Source: an uncultured Fibrobacteria bacterium
Lineage (GTDB): Bacteria; Fibrobacterota; Fibrobacteria; UBA11236
Reading direction: 5' to 3'
Length of the DNA stretch: 64,000 bases
NCBI GenBank assembly: GCA_963716395.1
Contig: OY970309.1
Location: 704,001-768,000, forward strand
Shown: positions 1 through 9,866 of the stretch, in pieces
Position numbering within the stretch: the stretch's first letter is position 1
Layout: every line of letters begins with the position of its first letter
The notes under the pieces: model-generated
What the model was told of the DNA's origin: nothing
The model's database searches: none
Seen by the model: the letters and a program-made list of their open reading frames with translations, nothing else
Position numbers and translations under genes: made by a program

Positions 1-207
1 TTCGCGATCGGCCTTTTCGCCGATATCGGCGCGCAGATACAGCACCTTGGCGCCCGCATCGCGCAGACTTTGCAAACCGGGTTCAACCTCTTCCGCCGCC
101 CGTCGGCCGCACAGACACAGGTCAAAACCATCGCGGGCCAAGGCCGCCGCGATGCCGGCGCCGATGCCGCGCGTTCCGCCTGTGATCAAGGCCACGCGAT
201 TATTCAT
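1..207 (-). CDS. Short-chain dehydrogenase/reductase (SDR), N-terminal part; runs off the window edge
   Basis: Manual translation from ATG 207: MNNRVALITGGTRGIGAGIAAALARDGFDL..., with a TGxxxGIG Rossmann motif. ATGA overlap with the GH88 stop. Not in the ORF track. Confidence 0.9.
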   Translation of the reverse strand, partial: MNNRVALITGGTRGIGAGIAAALARDGFDLCLCGRRAAEEVEPGLQSLRDAGAKVLYLRADIGEKADRE

Positions 208-1580
208 TCGCCCCCTGCCGGCCCGAAAAAAGCGAGGTCGGGTTGCCCCTCGGCCAGGCGCTGCGCGTACAAGGCCGCTTCGCGCAAATGGTAATCGCCC
301 CATTGGCTGGCTTCGCCGCCAGGCACCGATTGTCCCCTGGGAATGGAATCCCAGCCGTTCGGACGATGGTAAACCGAATGCAGCAACAGGCCCTGATGGC
401 CGGCATCGGTGCTGAGATAGGGTTCTTCGAGCAGGCGATCCAACACGGTGAGTCCGGCTTGAAAGTAATTCCCGGCTGCGGCGTCGGACTGCAAACAACG
501 GCCCAGGCGCAGCAAGCCTTGGCAGGCGATGGCGGCGGCGGAACTGTCCACGGGCTCGAAGGCGTTGAAGGGATCGGCGGGTCGGCTGAGAATGTCGCCC
601 AGGCGGTGCAGGTTGGGCGCTCCCGTATCCCAATAGGGAATGCCGTCCCGCGGCGTATTCACCAGCCAGAAATCACAGGTGGCGACGGCGGCTGCGCGCA
701 AAGGAGTTACTGCGGCGTTACGGCCGCCGAAAGGTTCGAATTCGGCGTCGGGCAGGGTGTCGAGAAATTCCAGTTCTTCGGCGAATCCGAGCATGGCCCA
801 GGCCAAACCGCGCGTCCAGGTCGTGAACGGCGAATAGCCCTGCTGCGAGTTGGGACAGCGGTAACGGCCCTCGCGTGCGTTGAAAATGCTTTCCTGCGCC
901 ACCCGGCCGCGCACATCGAAGACATCGCGGCCTTGGCCGTAATAAACAGCGTACCGGGCCGTGGCTTGGGCGTGTTGCAGCAAGCGGCCGAGCAAGGAAA
1001 TGTGGACGTCGTTTTCACCCATCAAGACATGACCGAGTCGATGGGCCAGCGCCAAGGATCGCAGCGATCGCATGGTGTCGATGAAAAGCGAATGCGGACC
1101 GTTGAAAGAGTAGATGAATCCGCCGTCGGGGAGCGCGGTCCAGCGCGCGGCCTGTACCGCGCCGGAGCATTTCAGCGCCAGCGCGTAAAAGTGTCTCTCG
1201 TACTCGGAGGCCTCGAAGCGCTCTTCGCGGCAGAGGCGCCAAAGGTTGCCATAGGTGCTGACGTTGTTGAAGCCGTGATCGTGTACGCCCATGTGGGTGA
1301 GATGCGGCGCCATGACCTGCACGGTGTGATCGCGGCACAGATCCAGAAAAAATTTTTCCCCGGTGGCGTCGAACTGCAAAGCGGCCGATCCATATTGAAA
1401 GCCTTGCGTCCATTCGGTCCAGCCGCGGGCCGTGTACCGTCCTGCCACGGTGTATACGGGCGCGGCCGATCCCGGCGGGCAGGTCGATGCGAGCGATCGG
1501 ATTTTGGCGGCCGACAACTCCCATAGCCGGGCCAGTTTGGGCTTGAGATCAGCGGGTTGGAGATGGTCTTGAACTTTCAT
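204..1580 (-). CDS. Glycoside hydrolase family 88-like (unsaturated glucuronyl hydrolase-like)
   Basis: WTxGF, HDHGF, IDTM, QQG..TWTRGLAW, YWD, DSSAAAI and WGDY motifs typical of GH88 (alpha/alpha)6 enzymes. Confidence 0.85.
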   Translation of the reverse strand: MKVQDHLQPADLKPKLARLWELSAAKIRSLASTCPPGSAAPVYTVAGRYTARGWTEWTQGFQYGSAALQFDATGEKFFLDLCRDHTVQVMAPHLTHMGVHDHGFNNVSTYGNLWRLCREERFEASEYERHFYALALKCSGAVQAARWTALPDGGFIYSFNGPHSLFIDTMRSLRSLALAHRLGHVLMGENDVHISLLGRLLQHAQATARYAVYYGQGRDVFDVRGRVAQESIFNAREGRYRCPNSQQGYSPFTTWTRGLAWAMLGFAEELEFLDTLPDAEFEPFGGRNAAVTPLRAAAVATCDFWLVNTPRDGIPYWDTGAPNLHRLGDILSRPADPFNAFEPVDSSAAAIACQGLLRLGRCLQSDAAAGNYFQAGLTVLDRLLEEPYLSTDAGHQGLLLHSVYHRPNGWDSIPRGQSVPGGEASQWGDYHLREAALYAQRLAEGQPDLAFFGPAGGE

Positions 1581-1667
1581 GGAAGGTAACTTAGGTGTAA
1601 CGTACGCGGAATGGGCTCGTTGCTGGAAATTGGCCGGCTGTTCTTAGTCGCCTGGAATCGTTTTGCC

Positions 1668-2198
1668 TCACATCTTTTTGCCTTTGTGCAGGTGCAGCAA
1701 AATGATTTTGCAGTCTTGCAGCACCCGGTATTCATGTTTCAACATGCCGTCGAATTGCAGGGCGTCGCCCTCTTTCAAGGTGTGCCGGTCGGGCCCCACG
1801 GTCATTTCGATACTGCCATTGACCACCCAGCAGACTTCGATGTCGTTGTGGTGAATTTCCGGCCGGCTGACCTTGGCCCCGGTGAGCGCCGTACCGATAA
1901 AAAACTGCAGATTCATGAAATTGATGTTTTGGAATTGAAAGCCGCCCGAGGTGTATTGCTGCGTCGTGGCCGTCTGCGCCGAGCGCCGTTCGGCCAAGCC
2001 CAACAAATCGGTGGCCGACATGCCGAACACCTTGGCAAGCCGCGCCAAAGTTTCGAGTTCGGGCATGGCCTGATTGCGCTCGATGCGCGAGATGACGGCG
2101 GTGGAAATGCCGGAATGGCCCGCCACGTCGAGAATCGTATAACTCTGCGTTTTGCGCAAAGTTCGCAGAATGGTGAAGTCGTAATTGTTTGCGGTCAT
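1668..2198 (-). CDS. XRE-family HTH transcriptional regulator with C-terminal cupin
   Basis: LRTLRK...ISRIERNQAMPELETLARLAKVF HTH_3 pattern; cupin H..IEVCWVVNG...LKEGDALQFDG..HEY. Confidence 0.9.
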   Translation of the reverse strand: MTANNYDFTILRTLRKTQSYTILDVAGHSGISTAVISRIERNQAMPELETLARLAKVFGMSATDLLGLAERRSAQTATTQQYTSGGFQFQNINFMNLQFFIGTALTGAKVSRPEIHHNDIEVCWVVNGSIEMTVGPDRHTLKEGDALQFDGMLKHEYRVLQDCKIILLHLHKGKKM

Positions 2199-2226
2199 AT
2201 CGATTCCTATTGGCCGGGGCGTTCAC

Positions 2227-3546
2227 TCATGCGGGCAAGGATTTTCCTTTGGTTTCCGGAGCCAACCAAATGAGGAAAATTCCGGCCGCATAGACGAGAC
2301 TGATGATGGAACACATTTTCGCATAATCCCCGGAGAAATGGCGCAGCAATTGGCCGCTGATCAAGGTGCCGGCGGCTGCCAACAACCGGCCCGCGTTAAA
2401 GGTGAAGCCGGCGCCCATGGCGCGCACGCGCGTGGGGAACAGTTCCGGCAAATAGAGAGGCAGCCAGCCGTAGAATCCCGCCGAGAGTCCGCCGACCAGG
2501 AAAGTCCCAAGGAGAAATCCGCCGCCGTAGTGCAGACGCATGCGGAACAGCACGGCGCATGCCAGCAGGGTGAACAACGAGAGCGAGAAATAGGCGATGC
2601 GCCGGTTCATTTTTTCCGCGCACAATGCCACGCCGATACTGAATACGACCGCGCCGAAACCCGAAACCATTTGCACGGTCTCGCGCACGCCCGGCATTTT
2701 GTGCGTGAGCTTGTCGGCCCAGGAGGGAATCCATTGCACCGAACCCCAGGTTCCCAATAGCGCCACGGCGCCGAGGCATGCGCCGATCACCGTGAACTTC
2801 GCCAAACCTCCACGAAACAAATCGCCGAGGCGGGGGCTTTGCGTTTCCTTTTCACGGACCCGTGCCCACATTTCCGATTCCGGGACGAAGAGGCGGATGA
2901 AAAATGTGAGCAGGGCGGGCAAGGCGCTGAGCAGCATGAGCAAACGCCAACTGCCGTTGGCCACCAAGGCGTTGGCCGCGGCAGGCGGCAACATCGCGTT
3001 TAACAGTCTCGCCATTCCGGCCAAGAAGTGGGTCAGCCCCAAGGAGAGCAGCGCGATGGCCATGAATCCCACATTGGCGGAAGCGCCGATGACGCCCGCC
3101 AACCAAGGCCGGGATTGGGCGGGCCAAACTTCCATCACCAAGGCCACGCCCAAGGCCCATTGCCCGCCCATTCCCAAGGCGGCGAGAAAGCGCAATGTCG
3201 CCATTTGCCAGGGCGCGCCGCAAAAAGCGCACAGACCCGAAAACAGGGAATACGCCAGTACGCTCCAGGTCATGGCGCGCGTGCGACCGATGCGATCGCC
3301 CAGCCACCCGAGCAGCATTCCACCCAGCGCCGCGCCGACCAGAAACACGGCGATAATGGCTGACATCCAAAAACCGCTGGCCGCGTCGGAGCCGGTGAAC
3401 TCCAGCATGGCCGGGCGGGCCACCAAGGGAAAGAGACCCATTTCCACACCGTCGAAGGTCCAGCCGAGCGTGGCGGCGATCAAGGCCAGCCATTGGGCCG
3501 CGGTGATGGCGCGGGCGGAAGGCGAGGCCGTTGGATTGACCGTCAT
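2227..3546 (-). CDS. MFS transporter (sugar-acid/aromatic-acid symporter-like)
   Basis: About 12 hydrophobic segments; GWLGDRIGR motif A; PELFPTRVRA and PETKG motifs. Confidence 0.9.
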   Translation of the reverse strand: MTVNPTASPSARAITAAQWLALIAATLGWTFDGVEMGLFPLVARPAMLEFTGSDAASGFWMSAIIAVFLVGAALGGMLLGWLGDRIGRTRAMTWSVLAYSLFSGLCAFCGAPWQMATLRFLAALGMGGQWALGVALVMEVWPAQSRPWLAGVIGASANVGFMAIALLSLGLTHFLAGMARLLNAMLPPAAANALVANGSWRLLMLLSALPALLTFFIRLFVPESEMWARVREKETQSPRLGDLFRGGLAKFTVIGACLGAVALLGTWGSVQWIPSWADKLTHKMPGVRETVQMVSGFGAVVFSIGVALCAEKMNRRIAYFSLSLFTLLACAVLFRMRLHYGGGFLLGTFLVGGLSAGFYGWLPLYLPELFPTRVRAMGAGFTFNAGRLLAAAGTLISGQLLRHFSGDYAKMCSIISLVYAAGIFLIWLAPETKGKSLPA

Positions 3547-5018
3547 GGGGCGTCCTTAGTGAAAGAGGGAGCCGATAAGGCGATAGGTTCCATGGCTTCC
3601 CAATCCGGAATAGTGGACGCCCCGAATCCCTGGGCGGCATTCACCTCGCCCAACCGGAATCCCCCCTGTTCTACATGGACCTTGGCCCCCGAAACCGGAT
3701 CGGGTTCGTACAGCGACGGATAATTTCTCAAGGCGTCCTCGCGTTCGGCCTGGGACAGGAATTCGAACCCGCGGATGTAATGATGTCCGTTCCGTTCGCT
3801 GTGGGTCAACCCCAGAGCGGCGGCCAAACTCAAATCCTGCTGCAAGGGCAAAAGGGGCACCGTTGTCAAATCTTCGCTGGAAAGAATCAGTCCGGTGCGG
3901 CCTTGCGCCTCGACTTCCCGGAGTTTCAGAAAATGCGACACGGAACGGAACAGCCCTTTGCACATTTTCGACGAAACGCCCGCGTAGCCCAATTCCAGCG
4001 CGCGTTCCAGGGCGTCGGCTTCGCCGTCGCTTTCGTCGATGATCACGGGTTTGAATGCGGCGACGCGCAGCACATCGGCGCGGCCTGAGGGATTCAAGGC
4101 TTGGTCCCGCGTGACGGGTTGCTCGATCCACAAAATGCGCGCCGAAAAGTTGCGAAGATCGAAGTCGTTTCGGAGGCGTTCGAGAAACAACGCGAAGATC
4201 CCCATGTCGGAAAATTGCTCGTTACCGTCCAAGGTGACCCGGTAATCCCCTGCGCTACGATCCAAAATTTCCGCAATGCCCCGCAAGCGTGGGAATGTTT
4301 CTTCGGCGTCGCGGCTGATCTTGATCTTGAAAAATCCCGGCGCATAAACCTCCACCACTTCTTGCAATGTTTCCGGCAGCCCATCAAGCAAGGGTTCGTG
4401 AAGATCCGCGGCGGACAGCGCGTCGGCCAATCCGACGGTGTGCCGCAAACGCATGAAGGCGGTGGGCGACTCCGGCAGCCTGGCGGCGAGTGCCGCGGAA
4501 AGCCCTAAGACGCCTCTGCGTAGGGCGGCATGGAAAGGCAGGCCGACATGCCGGCAGACACCATCCACCACCGCGGCTTCCAGCAAGGCCGGCCCAAATC
4601 CCGCGGCCAGGGGTGCCATGCCGGCGGCCGTTAATTTGGTGCGCACCGATTCGGTGACGGCGCAATGCAATTCCCACGCCGTTTCCGGCGCTTGCAATGA
4701 ATAGGTCGCCGCGGCTTCGGCCACGGAAATCAGGAGATCGCGTTCATTATCTTGTGGCGTTTTGTCCGGCCTTTTGTCGAACCATAAAGGAGGGATTCCG
4801 GATGCGGTAACACCTTCCCCTCGCGCCTGACCATTGATTTCCAAGTCGCAACGCAGGTACAAAACCGGCATTTCCGTCATTTGGGATTTGCCGAACCGAA
4901 AGGGGAAACGCGTTTGCACCCGTCGCCGGAAAAGGCGCGGATTTTTGCAGCGGATTTTTATCCCGGGCCCAAAATGCCCCGTTGAATTTTCTAATCCGAT
5001 CCGGCTTGCCGACACCAT
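3543..5018 (-). CDS. Enolase-superfamily (mandelate racemase/dehydratase-like) enzyme; exact start uncertain
   Basis: KxK (FKIKI), metal-ligand segments DGNEQ, IEQP and IIDES, N-terminal PFRFG. ATGA overlap with the MFS start. Confidence 0.7.
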   Translation of the reverse strand: MVSASRIGLENSTGHFGPGIKIRCKNPRLFRRRVQTRFPFRFGKSQMTEMPVLYLRCDLEINGQARGEGVTASGIPPLWFDKRPDKTPQDNERDLLISVAEAAATYSLQAPETAWELHCAVTESVRTKLTAAGMAPLAAGFGPALLEAAVVDGVCRHVGLPFHAALRRGVLGLSAALAARLPESPTAFMRLRHTVGLADALSAADLHEPLLDGLPETLQEVVEVYAPGFFKIKISRDAEETFPRLRGIAEILDRSAGDYRVTLDGNEQFSDMGIFALFLERLRNDFDLRNFSARILWIEQPVTRDQALNPSGRADVLRVAAFKPVIIDESDGEADALERALELGYAGVSSKMCKGLFRSVSHFLKLREVEAQGRTGLILSSEDLTTVPLLPLQQDLSLAAALGLTHSERNGHHYIRGFEFLSQAEREDALRNYPSLYEPDPVSGAKVHVEQGGFRLGEVNAAQGFGASTIPDWEAMEPIALSAPSFTKDAP

Positions 5019-5147
5019 GTTTCCGAAAGAAAAAAGATCTTTAACGATATATGATTGCTTGAAAAACTCTTTTTGCGAAAATATTCAGCATAAATATTGT
5101 TCGATAGATATAATATACCCACAAATTTATGCGCGCAATCTGAAGTT

Positions 5148-6623
5148 ATGGGAATCAAAAAACTCACGGCGTTGAAAAACCCATCCGCCTTTCGCGAGAG
5201 AACCGCGGCGTTGAACTTGGATTTGCCGGTGGAAGACGTCATCGCCAAGGCTCCGCATTCGCCGTTGTCCCAAACGATTCGCATTGGCGCATTCGAAGTG
5301 GGCAACCGTTATTGCATCCAGCCCATGGAGGGGTGGGATGCCACCACCGACGGCAAGCCCACCGAAGATGTGATCCGACGTTGGGAACGGTTCGGGACTT
5401 CGGGGGCCAAGTTTCTCTGGGGCATGGAAGCCATGGCCGTTCGCCCGGACGGAAGAGCGAATCCGAACCAAATCGTACTCTCCTCCGAAAACGTCCCGTT
5501 GATCCGCGCCGCCGTGGATCGCGCGCTGGAGGCGCATCGGCGGCGGTTCGGTTCCGCGGACGATCTGTTGTGGGGCTACCAACTCACCCACTCCGGGCGC
5601 TTTGCGCGCCCCCATGACAAGTCGGTGCTGGAGCCAAGCTTGGTTTACCGGCATCCGATTCTTGACGACCGGTTTCATTTGCCCGCCGCGCAACCCGTGC
5701 TCAGCGACGATGATATTCGGCGCTTGATTGACGATTACGTGTCGGCGGCGGTGCTGGCCGAAAAAAGCGGCGCGCCTTTTGTCGACATCAAGCAATGCCA
5801 CGGTTATCTGGGGCACGAATTTCTTTCGGCCTTCATTCGCCCCGGCCCTTACGGCGGCGAGAGTTTGGAAGAGCGTACGCGTTTCGCCCGTGAAATCATC
5901 CAAGGCATACGCCAGGCCGCGCCCAAACTGATTCTCGGCGTACGCCTGTCGGCCTTTGACATCGTGCCGTTCCGCAAAGGAGTCGGAAAATCGATGGGTG
6001 AACCGGAAGATTTCCGCCACCTACTCCCTTACCGCTACGGATTCGGACTTCGTTCCGAAGATCCGCTGGAACCGGATTTCAGGGAACCGGTTCTTTATCT
6101 CCATATGCTCAAGGCGTGGGGCGTGGCCGTCGTGAACATATCCTGCGGCTCGCCCTATTACAACCCGCATATCCAACGCCCGGCGCTGTATCCGCCCTCC
6201 GACGGATATGATCCGCCCGAAGATCCGCTGGTCGGCGTGGCGCGGCAAGTGCACGCGGTCCGCACCCTCAAACGGGCCGTGCCGGAAATGCCGTTGATCA
6301 GCTCCGGCCTGACCTATTTGCAGGAGTTCCTGCCTCAGGTGGCGCAGGCTCTGGTGCGCCAGGGTTATACCGACATCGTGGGCTTGGGGCGCATGATCCT
6401 ATCCTATCCGGAGATCATCGTTGATACTCTGGAAAAGGGCCGTGTCGAAGCACGCCGCATCTGCCGCACCTTTTCCGACTGCACCACGGCTCCCCGCAAC
6501 GGCTTGAAGTCGGGATGCTACCCGCTGGACCCGCATTATAAGGCCATGCCGGAGTTCCTTCGCTTGAAGGGAATCAAAGGGGCGGGGCGCGAAGCTTCGG
6601 TTGCGGAAGAGGTCACCGCGTAA
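5148..6623 (+). CDS. NADH:flavin oxidoreductase (Old Yellow Enzyme family)
   Basis: NRYCIQPMEG, QLTHSGR, CHGYLGHEFLS, YGGESLEERTRF and GLGR motifs. Start placed at ATG 5148 after an AT-rich intergenic region. Confidence 0.88.
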   Translation: MGIKKLTALKNPSAFRERTAALNLDLPVEDVIAKAPHSPLSQTIRIGAFEVGNRYCIQPMEGWDATTDGKPTEDVIRRWERFGTSGAKFLWGMEAMAVRPDGRANPNQIVLSSENVPLIRAAVDRALEAHRRRFGSADDLLWGYQLTHSGRFARPHDKSVLEPSLVYRHPILDDRFHLPAAQPVLSDDDIRRLIDDYVSAAVLAEKSGAPFVDIKQCHGYLGHEFLSAFIRPGPYGGESLEERTRFAREIIQGIRQAAPKLILGVRLSAFDIVPFRKGVGKSMGEPEDFRHLLPYRYGFGLRSEDPLEPDFREPVLYLHMLKAWGVAVVNISCGSPYYNPHIQRPALYPPSDGYDPPEDPLVGVARQVHAVRTLKRAVPEMPLISSGLTYLQEFLPQVAQALVRQGYTDIVGLGRMILSYPEIIVDTLEKGRVEARRICRTFSDCTTAPRNGLKSGCYPLDPHYKAMPEFLRLKGIKGAGREASVAEEVTA

Positions 6624-6695
6624 TTTTCAAAACGCCCGCGTCCGTCGCTGATGACGACAGGATTCAGGGCGGGGAAGCGACGGATTCTCCGGAGC

Positions 6696-8252
6696 CTAAA
6701 TCTTCACGCCTAACTTCAAAGCCCAATACCATTGACTGGGAGACGTGTACATTTCCCACGGCGTTTTTCCGAAGGTCACCCAATCCCAGGTACGGGCGTG
6801 ATCGCTGGCAACCTGTCCGGAAAGCGTGATGCCCGAGGTGAGGGATCGCTCGGCATAAACCGACCATTTCCAATTATCCTTATCCCAATCGCTGGGATAG
6901 TATGGGCTGGCATTGAAGAACGGCACCGGGATGGCGTTATAGGCCGGAACCGCTGGGGAGATATAAGTCGGCAACCAGCGGGAACCGTAATACTCGACCT
7001 CGATCGACAGCACATCCAACAGCTTAAATGTCGGGGCATTGAAACCCAGCATGATCGGGATGCGCCGCCAAATATCCGTATAATAAACGGGATAGCTTTT
7101 GACGCCGAGAACAGCCGCTTCGCCGTAAAGCACCAAATCTTTTGGCCCTAGAAGATTCGATCGAATTAAAGATTTTGGGTCAAACGAAAAATACAGAACG
7201 GGTTTGATCGCCTGGGCGGTCAGCGTGTGCATTTGGGGATTGAGTTGGCCATTATGCACGCTGTCGATGACGGCGTCGCCCAAGGCCGCCTTGGCAAACT
7301 CGTCGACCAATTTTGTTGAATCCGCCGGCGAAAGCGGGCCGCTCTTCGATCCCTGGGAAGAACATTGACATACCCCGTCCAATCGGGCGGAATCCGCCGG
7401 CGAAAGACTGGGTGAGTTCAGCTTGTCGCGGATTCCCTGCTCCAGGCTTGAGTAGTAATCATAGCCCACAATTCCACCGGCCCCATTATCGTAGGGATAC
7501 CAGGCGCCATTCTCTGCAAAATAGTGGATTCTCATCTCCGGGATCGCATTTGCGCTCAAGGCGCGCGCCAGCTGAATACCTCCCCCGATTTTAAAGACAT
7601 CGTGATAATTGAATCGCGCCATGTAGGTTAAGTTCAAATCGTAAAGCGGCGTCATTTCCGTTTCGAGCGTAGCCAACAATTCATGGGAGAACATTCCCAG
7701 GGATTGGCTGAGCTTGAGGCCGGTGAGGGTGACGCTACTGGTGCCGACATAGCCGAAATTTCCGCCCGTCTCCACGATACCGGGATAGGCCCAGGTGCGA
7801 AACATGTACTCGCCCAAATTCCGGGCGTATTCATCGTATTTGTAATTGAAAATGCCGATATCCGCTTTTAAAAACGGGCGGGAGAGGTCGCCAAAGACGT
7901 AGCTCGCATCCAGACGAGGCAAGGTTACCGAGATGTTACGGACATAATTTTGCGGTGCGGCGTACTGCACCGGCGAGGCGAAATAGGTGGCGGCCAACAT
8001 GACTTCCAGCCCCAACCGCCGGTTTTTTTCCGCTTGAAAATCAATGGCCCCGCTGCTCGGAAGCATCCAGATATCATTGAGATTTCCCCCGACCTTTATG
8101 TATTCCCCGCCTCGCCTCACTTGTGTCGCTTCCTGTGACATGGACAAAGTGGGCCTGGAAAATTCCAGGGTGTCTCCGGCATCTTCCCCGAAAAGCAGAT
8201 GGCAGGGCAACGCCAAGAGCGCGAAGAACGGAGCGGTGAATTTCGCAAACAT
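6696..8252 (-). CDS. Hypothetical exported, probable outer-membrane beta-barrel protein
   Basis: Signal-peptide-like N-terminus, alternating aromatic strands, C-terminus WYWALKLGVKI, GGAGG RBS upstream. Confidence 0.6.
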   Translation of the reverse strand: MFAKFTAPFFALLALPCHLLFGEDAGDTLEFSRPTLSMSQEATQVRRGGEYIKVGGNLNDIWMLPSSGAIDFQAEKNRRLGLEVMLAATYFASPVQYAAPQNYVRNISVTLPRLDASYVFGDLSRPFLKADIGIFNYKYDEYARNLGEYMFRTWAYPGIVETGGNFGYVGTSSVTLTGLKLSQSLGMFSHELLATLETEMTPLYDLNLTYMARFNYHDVFKIGGGIQLARALSANAIPEMRIHYFAENGAWYPYDNGAGGIVGYDYYSSLEQGIRDKLNSPSLSPADSARLDGVCQCSSQGSKSGPLSPADSTKLVDEFAKAALGDAVIDSVHNGQLNPQMHTLTAQAIKPVLYFSFDPKSLIRSNLLGPKDLVLYGEAAVLGVKSYPVYYTDIWRRIPIMLGFNAPTFKLLDVLSIEVEYYGSRWLPTYISPAVPAYNAIPVPFFNASPYYPSDWDKDNWKWSVYAERSLTSGITLSGQVASDHARTWDWVTFGKTPWEMYTSPSQWYWALKLGVKI

Positions 8253-8354
8253 TTCGGTCCTCCTGATCGGATCGGAATTCAGTAGCGGGGAAGGCGCTTC
8301 TTTTATGAGAAGGCGCGGTGCGAAAGGCGATTTGTCCGTGGGTTTAGGGCGGAA

Positions 8355-9566
8355 TTATTTCACCCCGATGATTTTTTCCTGAATTTTTTTGTCGCCCTTC
8401 CAGATGGTAAGAATGCGAGGCGAATGGGAAAATCGGCCCGAAACAAAGAACCAATTCGAATGATGCACTTGATAGGTCGCGAAGCGAAAGCCGCGCACAT
8501 CTTCCAGACTGAGGGAATAATCGCCCGGTTCGGAAAACAGAATGGAGAGACCGTCACGGGTGGCGTTTATTTTCGTCGCATCTTTGGGAACGATGGTATT
8601 GGGGGAAACCGCGGTGGCGGCCGGGAAAAGATCGTCTGCGAACGTCAACGTATCAATGAGAACGGAATCTCCGATGGCGGCCGAATCTTTATTCAAATAC
8701 GGGGAATCCGGCCCCCAGGGATTCTGCGTCAGCCTTTTCACCCGGAGGTTGCGGAATTTCATCCACTTTTCCCCATGATCCTGTATGTAAAAACTGCCGG
8801 AGTGGACGGTATTGTATACGCCCAGGCCCTTGTATTTACTGGCGTTATAGGCCGCATTCCAGACGGGCGTCAACATTTGATATTCCATGAGTCGCAAACC
8901 GTTCCCGTAATGGGCCGTGTGCGCACCGAAGGAAATGATGCGGGATTGATTCCAATGCCCTTCGGCTCGGCACCACGAGGGAGACAGATCCGGATTTCGC
9001 CGGGAGGGGAGAAGCGGAAGCATGTCATAATCGGCTCCGGCCGTCGTCAAGAGCGTCTTCCATTCCGAGGCCCATTCCAAATTGCAAAGCTGGTATTCCG
9101 GGGCGGAATAATTGTTGTTCGTATTTACGCTATTGCGATAACGAATCAGCATTCCGCTGTTTCCCTGCAATCCCACGACGGTTTGCCATTCCATTTTCCA
9201 ATCGAAATTCAGATAGGTGCTGTCGCTGGTAAAGAGACTGGCTCCGCTGGACGCCACTTCCAATATGTTGGAATCGGGGTCCGTACTTTCGTGCGTGTCG
9301 TTGCTTTCCAGCCCTTTGAGGGTCACGATACTCCAGTTGGCGGCGGCCGTGGGCGGACTCGGATTCGTGGTGCTGGTATTCAACAGCCATCCGGAAAAAT
9401 CTTTGCCGTTCCACAGCAATTGATAACCATCGGCCTGCTCCTGGGCGGTAAGGGCGTTATTCGGCAACCCATTCACGACCATTCCGCCGTCCACCGATTG
9501 ACCGACGGAAAACGAGATCGCGGTTAAGACAAGTACGAAAATTCCGATGTCGTTTTTGTTTCGCAC
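8355..9566 (-). CDS. Secreted DUF1080 (3-keto-disaccharide hydrolase-like) protein with C-terminal sorting-like domain
   Basis: LWNGKDFSGW, GNSG, PEYQL, WN and IQDHG..FRNLRVK motifs; signal peptide; tail containing ...LEDVRG.... Confidence 0.8.
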   Translation of the reverse strand: MRNKNDIGIFVLVLTAISFSVGQSVDGGMVVNGLPNNALTAQEQADGYQLLWNGKDFSGWLLNTSTTNPSPPTAAANWSIVTLKGLESNDTHESTDPDSNILEVASSGASLFTSDSTYLNFDWKMEWQTVVGLQGNSGMLIRYRNSVNTNNNYSAPEYQLCNLEWASEWKTLLTTAGADYDMLPLLPSRRNPDLSPSWCRAEGHWNQSRIISFGAHTAHYGNGLRLMEYQMLTPVWNAAYNASKYKGLGVYNTVHSGSFYIQDHGEKWMKFRNLRVKRLTQNPWGPDSPYLNKDSAAIGDSVLIDTLTFADDLFPAATAVSPNTIVPKDATKINATRDGLSILFSEPGDYSLSLEDVRGFRFATYQVHHSNWFFVSGRFSHSPRILTIWKGDKKIQEKIIGVK

Positions 9567-9866
9567 GCGCCTCTCCCAGGACTCGCAGCTTCTCGTCTTT
9601 CGCTTGGATTTGAATATAAGTCTCCGCCCACGGCGGTTGTTGGCGTTTTGGGAGGGCCGAATTCGTTAATTGCGTTAACGATTTTATTTTTTACTGCGCA
9701 AAGCAGTCTTTCCGGAAATTTATTGTACCCCGCATGACGGCCCTGGTTATACAGGCCCACTTCAATCGGGGCGCTCCAGAGGTATTCGTGGCCCGACTTG
9801 CGGAGGAAGCCCCACAAAGCCTCCCGACCGCGGGCCCGTTACCCCGTTTCCTATTTTTCCTCGCCG

